A DNA stretch of 64,000 bases, taken from the NCBI GenBank assembly GCA_964016885.1, contig OZ024748.1, forward strand, positions 16,988,001 through 17,052,000, read 5' to 3'. The notes below the pieces were generated by a model. The model searched no databases. It saw only the letters and a list, made by a program, of their open reading frames with translations, and was not told the DNA's origin. The position numbers and the translations under genes were made by a program. Below are positions 1 through 12,634 of the stretch, in pieces; within the stretch, counting starts at the first letter, position 1, and every line of letters starts with the position of its first letter. Source of the DNA: Eledone cirrhosa (lineage: Eukaryota).

Positions 1-76
1 TATATATATATATATAAGATTATATGTGTGTGTGTATATATATAAGATTATATGTGTGTATATATATATATAAGAT

Positions 77-108
<32 letters not shown>

Positions 109-690
109 AGATTATATGTGTGTATATATATATAAGATTATATGTGTGTATATATATATATATAAGATTATATGTGTATATATACATATATAATCTTATA
201 TATGTATATATACACATATAATCTTATATGTGTGTGTATATATACATATATAAGATTATATGTGTGTGTATATATACATATATAAGATTATATGTGTGTG
301 TATATATACATATATAAGATTATATGTGTGTATATATACATATATAAGATTATATGTGTGTATATATACATATATAAGATTATATGTGTGTATATATACA
401 TATATAAGATTATATGTGTGTATATATACATATATAAGATATGTGTGTATATATATATATAAGATTATATGTGTGTATATATATATATATAAGATTATAT
501 GTGTGTGTATATATATAAGATATGTGTGTATATATATATATATAAGATTATATGTGTGTATATATACATATATAAGATATGTGTGTGTATATATATATAT
601 AAGATTATATGTGTGTATATATATGTATATAAGATATGTGTGTATATATATATATAAGATTATATGTGTGTATATATACATATATAAGAT

Positions 691-744
<54 letters not shown>

Positions 745-1112
745 ATATGTGTGTATATATACATATATAAGATTATATGTGTGTATATATACATATATAA
801 GATTATATGTGTGTATATATACATATATAAGATTATATGTGTGTATATATATATACAAGATTATATGTGTGTATATATATATATAAGATTATATGTGTGT
901 ATATATACATATATAAGATTATATGTGTGTATATATATATATAAGATTATATGTGTGTATATATATATAAGATGATATGTGTGTATATATACATATATAA
1001 GATTATGTGTGTGTGTATATATACATATATAAGATTATATGTGTGTATATATATATATATATATAAGATTATATGTGTGTATATATATGTATATAAGATT
1101 ATATGTGTATGT
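1..1112. repeat. AT-rich minisatellite, ~30-bp unit (tatataagattatatgtgtgtatatataca) with (TA)n length variation
   Basis: Unit repeats directly throughout. The overlapping ORFs are YI/VC dipeptide read-throughs. Confidence 0.95.
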
Positions 1113-1514
1113 ATATTATCTTTTGTCGTTTGACTTTTTTAATAATTTTCATTTTTACTTTAAAATGTACATTTGAAAAAAAAAAAAATGTTATTTAACA
1201 CTTCAAATCTTTTTTATATCATGTTTAATGTCTTACTCTTGCTTAAAACAAGTGGAAATCTCTCTATCAATTATAAGGAATCTTTCTTAGATTACATGGA
1301 GATAGAGACTGCTAGAGAAAGTGGGAGGCATCAATAAACCATGTAGTTTATTATTTTTTATTTTAGGTAAGAAAGATCAATAGGTGATTAATAGGTGATA
1401 GTATGGAGAAACATTTTTGGTATGTTGCTTTGTTCTGTCGTTAATGGTTCCATTAGAAGTCAACTTATATTTTAATGGCAATGTTGTTATTGAAGTCTGA
1501 GAGATAGTTTTCAG

Positions 1515-1570
1515 CATATATATGCATGCATTTATACATATATGTAGATATATATGTATGTATATATGTA

Positions 1571-1606
<36 letters not shown>

Positions 1607-2218
1607 TGTATGTAGATATATATGTATGTATATATGTATGTATATATATCTATGTATGTATATATGTGTATATATATATCTATGTATGTATGTATATATG
1701 TGTATATATATATCTATGTATGTATGTATGCATGTATATATGTGTATATATATATGTATGTATGTATGTATATGTATGTATGTATATATATCTATGTATG
1801 TATACATGTGTGTATATATATCTATGTATGTATACATGTGTATATATATATCTATGTATGTATACATGTGTATATATATATCTATGTATGTATGTATATA
1901 TATCTATGTATGTATATATCTATGTATGTATATATATATATATATATCTATGTATGTATATATGTATATCTATGTATATATATATATATCTATGTATATA
2001 TATATATATCTATGTATATATATATATCTCTATGTATATATATCTCTATGTATGTATATATATATATCTCTCTATGTATGTATGTATATATATATATATA
2101 TCTCTATGTATGTATATATATATATCTCTATGTATGTATGTTTATATATATATATATATCTATGTATGTATATATATATATCTCTATGTATGTATGTTTA
2201 TATATATATATATCTATG

Positions 2219-2262
<44 letters not shown>

Positions 2263-2469
2263 GATATATATATATATAGTGTGTGGGTGTGTGTGTAGTA
2301 GCCTCTTATCTGTTTTGTCTGATTTTTATATTTCATTTTAGACATCTATGAATATTTTATGACTAATTTATGGGAAACATGCATGAAAGAGATTGTTTAG
2401 GGGGCTGGTGTTTTATATAAATATCTGTGTGGGGGGTATATACATATATAATACGTCTGTCTGTGTGTG

Positions 2470-2500
<31 letters not shown>

Positions 2501-2626
2501 GCAGAGGTATGTGTTTATGTTTTATGCATAGATGTGTATAAATATATGCAGAAATATATGTATTTATATATGCATATATAGAGAGTGAGATAAGTATAAT
2601 GCCACATGTATATATATAATATATAA

Positions 2627-2674
<48 letters not shown>

Positions 2675-2960
2675 GGTATGTGTGTATAAATATATATGTG
2701 CATAGATGTGTGTGTATGTATATATGCATAGATGTGTGTGTATTTATATATGCATAGATGTGTATGTATGTATATATGCATAGATATGTGTATTTATATG
2801 TATAGATGTCTGTATATATATATATATATAGAGAGAGAGATATATAAGTATAATGCTATATATATATATATACAGAGGTATGTGTAAGTATATGCATAGA
2901 TGTGTGTGTGTATGTATATATATATATATACATATATATGTGTGTGTATATGTGTGTGGG
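1515..2960. repeat. (TA)n/(TATG)n compound microsatellite field
   Basis: Direct inspection; a short unique stretch lies at ~2300-2420. Confidence 0.9.
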
Positions 2961-3196
2961 GGTGTTTGAAATAAAATGATGTAGTTGTAATGAAATGGTT
3001 TCAAAAGCTATTTATATGAAAGCCATTTAAAATGTAATAATAATCTTTGGTGTACTAACTAGTGCACAGGAGAGAGGTAATAGTTGCTGTGATGGTGTTT
3101 TTCTTAAAGGTAGACATGTTTACCTAGATAATTGTGGCTTGCACCTGAAATTATATAGAAGTCAACAATCATTTTGATGCCATCATTCCTGCACAT

Positions 3197-3618
3197 TTAA
3201 CCCTTTAACATTTAAACCGGCCATATCCGGCCAGAATTCTCTCACCCTTTCTGTTCAAACTGGTCATAACCAGCTGCTCATACTGACATTAAGGTATTGT
3301 TCTCAAAATAAATATAAAAATCTCATAGATTCTATATTATGTCAGATAATTATGTAAGATAAAGCCTTTACTGTGAAAATACAATAGTATACATATATTT
3401 CTTTCGGTTGCTGAATACAATCAGGTGTCGCTGCTTCTCCTGAAGGTCAATAGTTCCCTTCTCACTCGAGCGGGAGCCCCTTTCCATTGTCAATTTGCAT
3501 TGATCATCTGCAAAGCTGCATTGTTCTCAGAACCAGTACACCAGTCTTTCAATGCGTGCAGCTGGAACTACGGCCACTCATTGATTTATATAGAGCAATC
3601 TAAATGCTAAAGGGTTAA
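3197..3618 (+). mobile_element. piggyBac-type MITE family A, carrying a ~190-bp foreign insert
   Basis: TTAA-CCCTTTAaCATTTA ... TAAATGCTAAAGGG-TTAA. Body matches copies at 17301, 46029 and 46684. TTAA TSD with CCC termini is the piggyBac signature. Confidence 0.85.
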
Positions 3619-3649
3619 GCTTTTGGGCCCCATGATAAGCTGTTTCATT

Positions 3650-3792
3650 TATCGTTCTCCTCTGTATCTTCTGCCTCATCAATCCTTTGCTTTTTGTTTC
3701 CTCCTCCAACATCTTTAATCATGTCTCACTTGGTCCTCCCTGGTCTTCCCCTTCCTCTATTTCCTTCCACATTCACTCCTCACCATGTCACT
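3650..3792 (-). mobile_element. Decayed RTE-clade LINE 3' fragment
   Basis: Minus strand reads NVEGNRGRGRPGRTK, matching the G.R.RGRP motif at the RTE ORF C-terminus. Confidence 0.5.
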
Positions 3793-4177
3793 TCCTTCCT
3801 TCCTTCCTTCCTTCCTTCCTTCCTCAACACATAATGGTTTCTGATTTAGGCACAAATCCAACACTTCTGTATAAGCAAGTCATGGTCATCTGATTTGACT
3901 TGACTCACAACGGGAAAACTCGTCTAACCCATGCTAACATGTTAGCATGGTTTGGTTTCTAAAGCTAGATATTGTTCCTAATGCCAACCATAATTACAGC
4001 CCTATCGAGACCTGGAGAGAACTGAGCTCCACTATGTTTTTAAAATGTCACTACAGCACCCCTACAACTTCACCAGGAGTCATAGGACCATGCATGCAAA
4101 CATGTGTTTTCCACATTACCAAGAATATTTCTATAACCTGTTTGGGTCTAAACTATTTACTTTTTTCATAGTATAAT

Positions 4178-4389
4178 TTAACCCTTTAGCTTTTACATTA
4201 CTCAATATTTACTATTTTATTTTCATGATAAACACTTTACCTCATAATTATCACACATAATATCGAATCTACGAGATTTTGATATTATATATTTTGACAA
4301 CAATACCTTAACATAAGTATGAGTGGCTGGTTATGGCCAGTTTGAACAGAAAAAGGTAAGAGAATTTTGGCCAGTTTAAATGCTATTAA
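4178..4389 (-). mobile_element. piggyBac-type MITE family A (reverse copy, one end decayed)
   Basis: ttaaccctttagc start; reverse complement of the family A body. Confidence 0.8.
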
Positions 4390-4459
4390 ATGGATATTAA
4401 ATGATGATGATGATGATGAAAAGTGTCACTTTTCAATAAATATATGTCACCCTTTACAA

Positions 4460-5581
4460 CAGACATGTCAAATATGTGGCGTGCGGAATGAAGGCATCCC
4501 TTTAGAAGCATAGCTGTGGTCCGCACAAAGGTTTTTATAGTGTGAGCGTAATATGAAATTAAAAAAATATTAGTTGTAATGTGCACAATTATTTGTCATA
4601 TGTGGCCCTCAGACAACACATATGTGACCCATGTGGCCCTCAGACAACACATATGTGACCCATGTGGCCCTCAGACAACACATATGTGACCCATGTGGCC
4701 CTCAGACAACACTTATGTGACCCATGTGGCCCTTAGACAACACTTATGTGACCCATGTGGCCCTCAGACAACACTTATGTGACCCATGTGGCCCTCAGAC
4801 AACACTTATGTGACCCATGTGGCCCTCAGACAACACTTATGTGACCCATGTGGCCTTCAGACAACACATATGTGACCATGTGGCCCTCAGACAACACATA
4901 TGTGACCATGTGGCCCTCAGACAACACATATGTGACCCATGTGGCCCTCAGACAACACTTATGTGACCCATGTGGCCCTCAGACAACACTTATGTGACTC
5001 ATGTGGCCTTCAGACAACACTTATGTGACCCATGTGGCCTTCAGACAACACAAATGTGACCCATGTGGCCCTCAGACAACACTTATGTGACCCATGTGGC
5101 CTTCAGACAACACTTATGTGACCCATGTGGCCTTCAGACAACACTTATGTGACCCATGTGGCCCTCAGACAACACTTGTGTGACCCATGTGGCCCTCAGA
5201 CAACACTTATGTGACCATGTGGCCCTCAGACAACACTTATGTGATCATGTGGCCCTCAGACAACACATATGTGACCATGTGGCCCTCAGACAACACATAT
5301 GTGACCACGTGGCTCTCAGACAACACATATGTGACCCACGTGGCCCTCAGACAACACTTATGTGGCCCTCAGACAACACTTATGTGGCCCATGTGGCCCT
5401 CAGACAACACTTATGTGGCCCTCAGACAACACTTATGTGACCCATGTGGCCCTCAGACAACACTTATGTGACTCATGTGGCCTTCAGACAACACTTATGT
5501 GACCCATGTGGCCCTCAGACAACACATATGTGACCCATGTGACCCTCGGGGGGGGGGGGGGCCCTCAGTTTGACATGCCTG
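4460..5581. mobile_element. hAT (Charlie/Buster-like) MITE with an internal tandem expansion
   Basis: TIRs cagacatgtcaaa (4460) and tttgacatgcctg (ending 5581). 8-bp TSD ctttacaa (4452-4459) / ttttacaa (5582-5589) with central TA. Confidence 0.8.
4601..5548. repeat. 31-bp minisatellite (atgtggccctcagacaacacttatgtgaccc), ~30 copies
   Basis: Head-to-tail units without spacers; some 30-bp and ~21-bp deletion variants. Confidence 0.97.
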
Positions 5582-5621
5582 TTTTACAACACATAAGAAT
5601 AGGGTCTACCTATTATAAACT

Positions 5622-5964
5622 AGAGGCACATGGCTTAGTGGTTAGAGCATTGGGCTTGCAATAGAAAGGTTGTGAGTTCAATTCTCAGACCGGATGATGT
5701 GTTGTTTCCTTGAGCAAGACACTTTATTTCACATTGCTCCAGTTTACTCAGCTGTAGAAATGAGATGATAGGGACTGGGGTCCCTATCATTCAACTGCAA
5801 AGTGGTCGTGGAGGTGCCGCGGCAAAAAAAAAGCACCCAGCACTCACTGTAAATGGGGTTGGTGTTAGGAAGGGCATCCAGCTGTAGAAATCAAGCCAGA
5901 ATCAGTTCCCGTCCCACCCTTGCAAGCAGGGAAAAAGTGGACGTAAAATGTTGATGATGATGAT
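5622..5964 (+). mobile_element. Composite tRNA-derived SINE: tRNA head, CORE-like domain, hairpin, (GAT)n-tailed 3' module
   Basis: A box tggcttagtgg, B box gagttcaattc, then ccttgagcaagacacttta, ggttggtgttaggaagggcatccagctgtagaaa and a (GAT)n tail. Four copies in the window. Confidence 0.88.
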
Positions 5965-6384
5965 ACACTCACCATTTTCCTCAGCTTCCAGAGCTTCCCC
6001 CAGTTTCCCACTGGTGTTGGGAGAGTTTGAACACCAGATCATATATTTAATAAAGTACCATAATTGCTTTGACTTTAAAATCTTTTTTGCTTCAACCTCC
6101 TCCATCTCTTCTACCAGTACTAGCACCGTCACTACCACTACCACCAGTACTAGCACCATCACTACCACTACCACTACCACCAGTACTAGCACCGTCACTA
6201 CCACTACCATCACCACCACCAGACCCTATAGTACCTTACATTGAAAGCTGTTAAATAAAGCTGTTACACTACATGGTGTCTCAAATTATAAACTATAAAC
6301 AACTATTATTATAAATAATATCATTTTTATGGCAACCAAACATTATTTTAAATGGTGACCTCACTCTGGGACTAATCAAATTTA

Positions 6385-6390
6385 CATATA

Positions 6391-6423
<33 letters not shown>

Positions 6424-6515
6424 ACAGATATATATATATATATAAACAGATATATATATGATATATATATATATATATAAACAGATATATATATATATAT
6501 AAACAGATATATATA

Positions 6516-6598
<83 letters not shown>

Positions 6599-6945
6599 AG
6601 ATATATATATATAAACAGATATATATATATGATATATATATATAAACAGATATATATATGATATATATATATATATAAACAGATATATATATATAAACAG
6701 ATATATATATATGATATATATAAACATATATAATATATATAAACATATATAATATATATATATAAACATATATAATATATATATATAAACATATATAATA
6801 TATATGTATATATATATAAAAATAAAATATATATATATATATATATATAATATGTATATATATATATAAACATATATATCTTTGTATACATACATATGTA
6901 TTTGTGAATGTGTGTTTATCAAAATACTTTGATAACTATATGATG

Positions 6946-6997
<52 letters not shown>

Positions 6998-7190
6998 TCA
7001 TCGTGTTTATATCTTTCATTCAGCAATAATAGTAGTAGTAGTAGTAGTAGTAATAATAGTAGTATGGGGAGAAAGACTGACTTAATATTTCTATAATTCA
7101 GTAATTTTGAACAGAAATTAAATTACTTACATATTTTTATAGCTATAAAATATAATTTATTCCGATATTCCTGAAAATGTAGATACACAG

Positions 7191-7224
<34 letters not shown>

Positions 7225-7392
7225 GTAGATAGTGAGAGAGACATATGCATACATACATACATACATACATACATACATACATACACACATATATATTTAT
7301 ATATATATAAGCAAGGATAGCGGCCGTTAAAACGATGTCTATATATATATATGAGGGGGGGAGATAGATGGATAGATAAATAGTAAGAGAGA

Positions 7393-7449
<57 letters not shown>

Positions 7450-7677
7450 GCACAGAGAGAGAGAGAGAGAGACATATATATATATATATGACAGAGAGAT
7501 AAAAAGTGAGGCATATATATATATATTTGAGAGACAGAGAGAGAGAGGGGTAGATTGACAGATAGTGTGAGACAGATATATATATATATATAGAGAGAGA
7601 GAGAGGGGCATAGAGAGAGAGAGAGGGGCATAGAGAGAGAGAGAGGGGCATATATATATAGAGAGAGAGAGAGGGGC

Positions 7678-7709
<32 letters not shown>

Positions 7710-7856
7710 GGGCATATATATATATATATAGAGAGAGAGAGGGGCATATATATATATGAGAGAGAGAGAGAGAGGGGCATATATATATATATGAGAGAGA
7801 GAGGGGTAGGTAGACAGATAGTGTGAAAGAAATATATATATATACATACAAAAACG

Positions 7857-7915
<59 letters not shown>
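6385..7915. repeat. (TA)n, (GA)n and compound microsatellites, including (ataaacagat) and (gaggggcata) variants
   Basis: Direct inspection. Confidence 0.9.
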
Positions 7916-8243
7916 TCTGCTCAGTGTCCTGTTAAGATAACAAAATATGTAAATCAGTAAAGTGTGTGTATGTATATATTCATTTCTGCATGTGTATATT
8001 TTACATGGTAAATATGTATATGTGTGTTGGTCTTCTATCGGTTCCAAAGACGAATGTTCCATTTGTTGCAAACCACAGAGGAGCTTCCTCATGAAGCTAA
8101 TGTGTAAGCTAGCAAGTGGCTGAGCATTCCACAAACATGTGTATCACTTGTTGTGGTGTTATCAGTTAGGTTTAGTATGAGACGACTGCGAGTAACATGG
8201 CTTGCCATTTGAATTAATGGTGCAACTGGTTTTTGTCCAGATA

Positions 8244-8640
8244 TGGTGTGGAGTGGAGTCGTGGTGTGGTGTGAGTGGAGGTGTGGAGTAGTGTGGTGTG
8301 GTGTGGTGTGGTGTGGAGTGGAGTAGTGTGGAGGTGTAGTGTGGAGTGCGTGGAGGTGTGTGGTGTGGAGTGAGTGGAGGTGTAGTGTGATGTGGAGTGA
8401 GTGGAGTAGTTTGGAAGTGTGGTGTGGAGGTGTAGTGTAGTGTGGTGTGGAATAGTGTGGTGTGGTGTGGAGTGAGTGGAGTAGTGTGGTGTGGTGTGGA
8501 GTAGTGTAGTCTGGTCTGGAGTGAGTGGAGGTGTAGTGTGGTGTGGAGTGAGTGGAGTGGAGTGGAGGTGTGGTGTGGAGTGGAGTAGTGGAGTGGAGTG
8601 GAGTAGAGTGGTGTGGTGTGGAGTGAAGTGAAGTAGAGTA
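8244..8640. repeat. Pentanucleotide (GTGTG/GTGGA/GTGTA)n repeat
   Basis: Direct inspection; accounts for the HTTP-rich ORFs. Confidence 0.9.
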
Positions 8641-8868
8641 ACATAATATAAAGTGCCATGCAAGGAAGGATACTACTTGGTCTAGGAATTGAACTCTTCA
8701 CATTACAATCATGAACTGAGTCTTCACATACTTAGACAAGTATGTCGTATATTGAAATAGTCCTTGGGCTTTCTCTCTCTTATATCGAAAGCTCTTTATT
8801 TTATCATCTCATTTTCTTTTTCTGTCTCTTTCACTCCACTCCTCCTTCTCTCTTTCTCTCTCCCTCTC

Positions 8869-8911
<43 letters not shown>

Positions 8912-10277
8912 CACACTTGGTCTCTCTTTGTTTCATACTTCCTGCTATCTGTCTCATCAGTCTGCTTCCTTTGCCTTTATTTCTCTCTCTCTTTCCATCT
9001 CTCTCTCTCTGTCTCTTTAACTGTGTCCTCTCTTTCACTTCAGTTTATTTTAATAAATATGCAAATACCTTTATTTACATATCATGTAAATAGTAATTCC
9101 TAAGAAACGCCATAAATGAAAGTAAAATCTTTGGGTGTTTAACTGCGAAACATGTCTACTTTTATTGACAGCTTGTTGGTTATTTCACATTATTTGAATC
9201 TATTTAATATTATCTTAGTGACTTGCTGCTATATACTTCTTGGAATATAACACAAATCTATAAGAACTGAATAAAGTGTTCTATCTATAACAAGAAACAT
9301 GCTTTTGAATCATTGAAAGTTGAGTTCATCAACTAATTTAATTCTTCTCACCCAACACTTGCCTCACCCTCGCCTCATCCTCACCCCACACCCACCTTTA
9401 TATTTGCGTCATCTTCGCCTACTTTTACATTGGGACTGATCCTTGCATTCACTGGGTAAAAATCACGTCATCTCCAGACGGCCTATGCATGACATTCCCC
9501 AGACATCAGAGCATCTTTCTGTTTGTGTTAGAAATTCTAAACAATTATACAAGGCAGTAAGTAAATTGATAGAATCATTAAAACATCAGATAGAATGCTT
9601 TGCTTTGTGGCATTAGTTAGGTGACTTTGTAGTCCAAATTAGTTGGTCTAGTAACTAAATCAGAAACCAATATTATTTTATATGTTTATGGTAATCGTTA
9701 GAGTATCAGGCGGCAAAAGTTTTGCAGAATTTATTCAGAAATTCTACGTTTCTGAGTTGAAATGCCATGGAAGTCAACTTCACTCTTCACCCTTTCAATG
9801 TCATAAAATAAATACCAGTTTTGTCTTGGGGTTGATTCTTCTACTGGCTCTCTTTCTCACACTCTCTCTCAGGCTTTGTTTTATTTCCATTTTTTGGGGG
9901 TCCTGTGCACCCCCTACTTTCAATATATATATGAGCAAGAGATGGTCACCTGACATGGCGTTTCCCACAACTGGACAACCCGTCTAACCCATGCTAGCGT
10001 GGAAAAATGGACGTTAAACAGTGATGATGATGATGATATATATATGTGTGTACATATGTGAGTGTGTGTATATGTTTGTGTGTGTATACATACATTTATA
10101 TATGTATGAATATGTATTTCTCTCCTACAACAGAGCCGTGTGACACAAACCAGATTGATAAAATATATACCAGACATTAAAAAATAAGTACATTCCCGAT
10201 ACATATCAATTCCCACAGACACCCACCCACATATACAAACACACACACAGACATAAGATATATACATATATATATTT

Positions 10278-10310
<33 letters not shown>

Positions 10311-10314
10311 TATA

Positions 10315-10699
10315 TTGGCAGTATCGGTAGAGGGTCGGACGCCATGCTTTCCAGCATAGTTACGTCCCTTTACGATCTGAGTTCAAATCCCGCCGAGGTT
10401 GACTTTGCCTTTCATCCTTACGGGGTTGATAAAATAAAGTACCAGTAATGCACTGGGTAATTGCTGGCCTTGTGCCTAAAGTAGAAACAGTTATATTTTG
10501 TCTGATATTGGCAGTATCGGTAGAGGGTCGGACGCCATGCTTTCCAGCATAGTTACGTCCTTTTACGATCTGAGTTCAAATCCCACCGAGGTTGACTTTG
10601 CCTTTCCTCCTTACGGGGTTGATAAAATAAAGTACCAGTAATGCACTGGGTAATTGCTGGCCTTGTGCCTAAAGTAGAAACAATTATATTTTGTCTGAT
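10315..10699 (+). mobile_element. Tandem 192-bp duplication of tRNA-derived SINE family 1 plus 3' flank
   Basis: A box tggcagtatcgg, B box gagttcaaatcc, gcctttcatccttacgggg core. Both units end in atattttgtctgat. Confidence 0.92.
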
Positions 10700-10740
10700 G
10701 AGGACGTACTGTTGTACATCCGAAATATGTATAATAAAAT
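10690..10740 (+). ncRNA. Hammerhead-ribozyme-like core, family H2
   Basis: CTGATGA (10695-10701), stem ggacgtac/gtacatcc, GAAA (10722-10725). Stems I and III are imperfect. Confidence 0.55.
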
Positions 10741-10844
10741 GTAATTGATCAAAAGAACATCTATTTTATTAATACTTATATTCTGGCGTCACGCAGTAAT
10801 ACAGAGTACCCAACCTCCCATGGGTACAAGCTGAAGCATATAGA

Positions 10845-11136
10845 CAATATGCCCCCACACACCCCACTGCAAGGTGGTCGTGGAGGTGCCACGGCAAAAA
10901 AGCACCCAGCCCACACTGTAAAGTGGACGTGTAGGCGCCACGAAAAAGCACCCAGCACTCACTGTAAATGAGGTTGGTGTTAGGAAGGGCATCCAGCTGT
11001 AGAAATCAAGCCAAATCAGTTCCTGTATGAGCAAGGCATGGTCAGCCGACCAGACACTGCCCACAACAGGACAACCCATCTAACCCATGCTAGCGTGGAA
11101 GAACGGACGTAAAACGGTGGTGATGATGATGATGAT
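10845..11136 (+). mobile_element. (GAT)n-tailed retroposon, family 3
   Basis: aaaagcacccag internal repeats, ggttggtgttaggaagggcatccagctgtagaaa, cccatgctagcgtggaa...(GAT)n. Related pieces at ~9935, 12605, 30340, 34600, 39150, 45300 and 48968. Confidence 0.85.
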
Positions 11137-11303
11137 ATATATATATATATATATATCATGATCCTCGTTTAACGTCTGCTTTCCCTGCTAGCAAGGGTTG
11201 ATATATACATGTGTGTTTCTTTCCCCAGGTTTTTTTTTTTCATTTTTCTCATTCCTTCCTCTTCTCACTCTATCTCTCTATTTATCTCTTATTTCTAACT
11301 CTA

Positions 11304-11339
11304 TCTTCTGATGAAGGACTAGTGTCCAAAACGTTAAGA
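11304..11339 (+). ncRNA. Minimal hammerhead-like motif, family H1 (G12 mutated)
   Basis: tctt-CTGATGA-a-ggac-tagt-gtcc-aAAA-cgtt-aaga, inside a dispersed repeat that also occurs at 30575 and 48644. Confidence 0.55.
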
Positions 11340-11570
11340 CTTTTTACCTCCTATATAAAGTGTTAAACTAATATATTTCTTCAATATACTGTGTCGTTTG
11401 CTTTGTTATTTCTGTTTACCTTTTCCATATATATTTATATATGTGTGTGTGTGTGTACCCTCTTCCTGCTATTTCAAATGTTAAACTAATATATTCCATC
11501 CATATACTGTACTATTTGTGTTATTTCTGTGTCCGTTATATAAATGATATATATATATATATTATATATA

Positions 11571-11890
11571 TCATCATCATCATCATCATTTCATTTTATG
11601 TCCGCTTTTCCCTGCTTGCAAGGGTGGGATGGGAACTGATTCTGGCTTGATTTCTACAGCTGGATGCCCTTCCTAACACCAACCTCATTTACAGTGAGTA
11701 CTGGGTGCTTTTTTGCCATGGCACCTCCACGACCACTTTGCAGTGGAATGATAGGGACCCCAGTCCCTATCATCTCATTTCTACAGCTGAGTAAACTGGA
11801 GCAATGTGAAATAAAGTGTCTCGCTCAAGGAAACAACACAACCTTTTCGATTGCAAGGCCAATGCTCTAACCACTAAGCCATGTGTCTCC
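11571..11890 (-). mobile_element. Composite tRNA-derived SINE (reverse copy, internal deletion)
   Basis: Reverse complement of the 5622 element. Confidence 0.88.
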
Positions 11891-12603
11891 ATATATATAT
11901 AATGTATGTATACAGAGAGAGAAGAGAATGTTAAATATGTGTTGCCCCATAAACACACATATGATCATATATATATATATTTATAAACACACACACACAT
12001 ATATATGTATATAAGGATAAATATATGCATTGTCACATAAACAAACGCCTATTTGCAACATTAGCTGTCATGCAAAACAATGTAAAATCCCTTGTAAATA
12101 TTTCCATATTTCTAAGAAATATATTGGTAAAATAGCAGAAACTCTAATTTCCATTTGTGATTTACTGATGGAATAAGTTGCAGCTAAACTGACACTAAAA
12201 TTGGTTGTAATATATATTCTTTCGTCAAACATCACTAGCCATGTTTAACTCCTAAGTCATACAGCTGAAGCAATAACTCAGTAAGTTGGAATCAACAAGA
12301 ATTTTAGTCCAATTTTTATTGATTTCGAACATCAGTAGTACCATGTTTCCACCATTATATCACAGGTCTTATATTATTTTTCCCTAAAAAAAAATTTAAA
12401 AAAGGCACTATGGCTTATTTTTGTGGGTAGGGGTTATATTTTTACACAAAATATAGCAACAGAAGAGTTTTAATAAAAGTGGTGAATTGGCAGAGCCATT
12501 AGAACATCAGATAAAATGCTTTGCAGTATTCGTTTCAGCTCTCTACTCTCTTAGTTCAAATCCTGTCGGGGTCGACTTTGTCTCTCATCCATTTGAGGTC
12601 ATT

Positions 12604-12634
<31 letters not shown>

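Noticed and set aside
256-2298. Long YI/CV/MY-rich ORFs here and at 6.3, 7.1, 22.6, 57.2, 59.4 and 63 kb
   Set aside because: Di- and tetranucleotide microsatellites lack stop codons by construction.
4601-5548. 31-bp array as a CRISPR array
   Set aside because: Units are contiguous with no unique spacers, there are no cas genes, and the array lies inside a eukaryotic MITE.
9397-9520. Minus-strand exon-like segment with ctaac branch site, cag acceptor and gtgggt donor
   Set aside because: All three frames contain stops; a non-coding exon cannot be supported from sequence alone.
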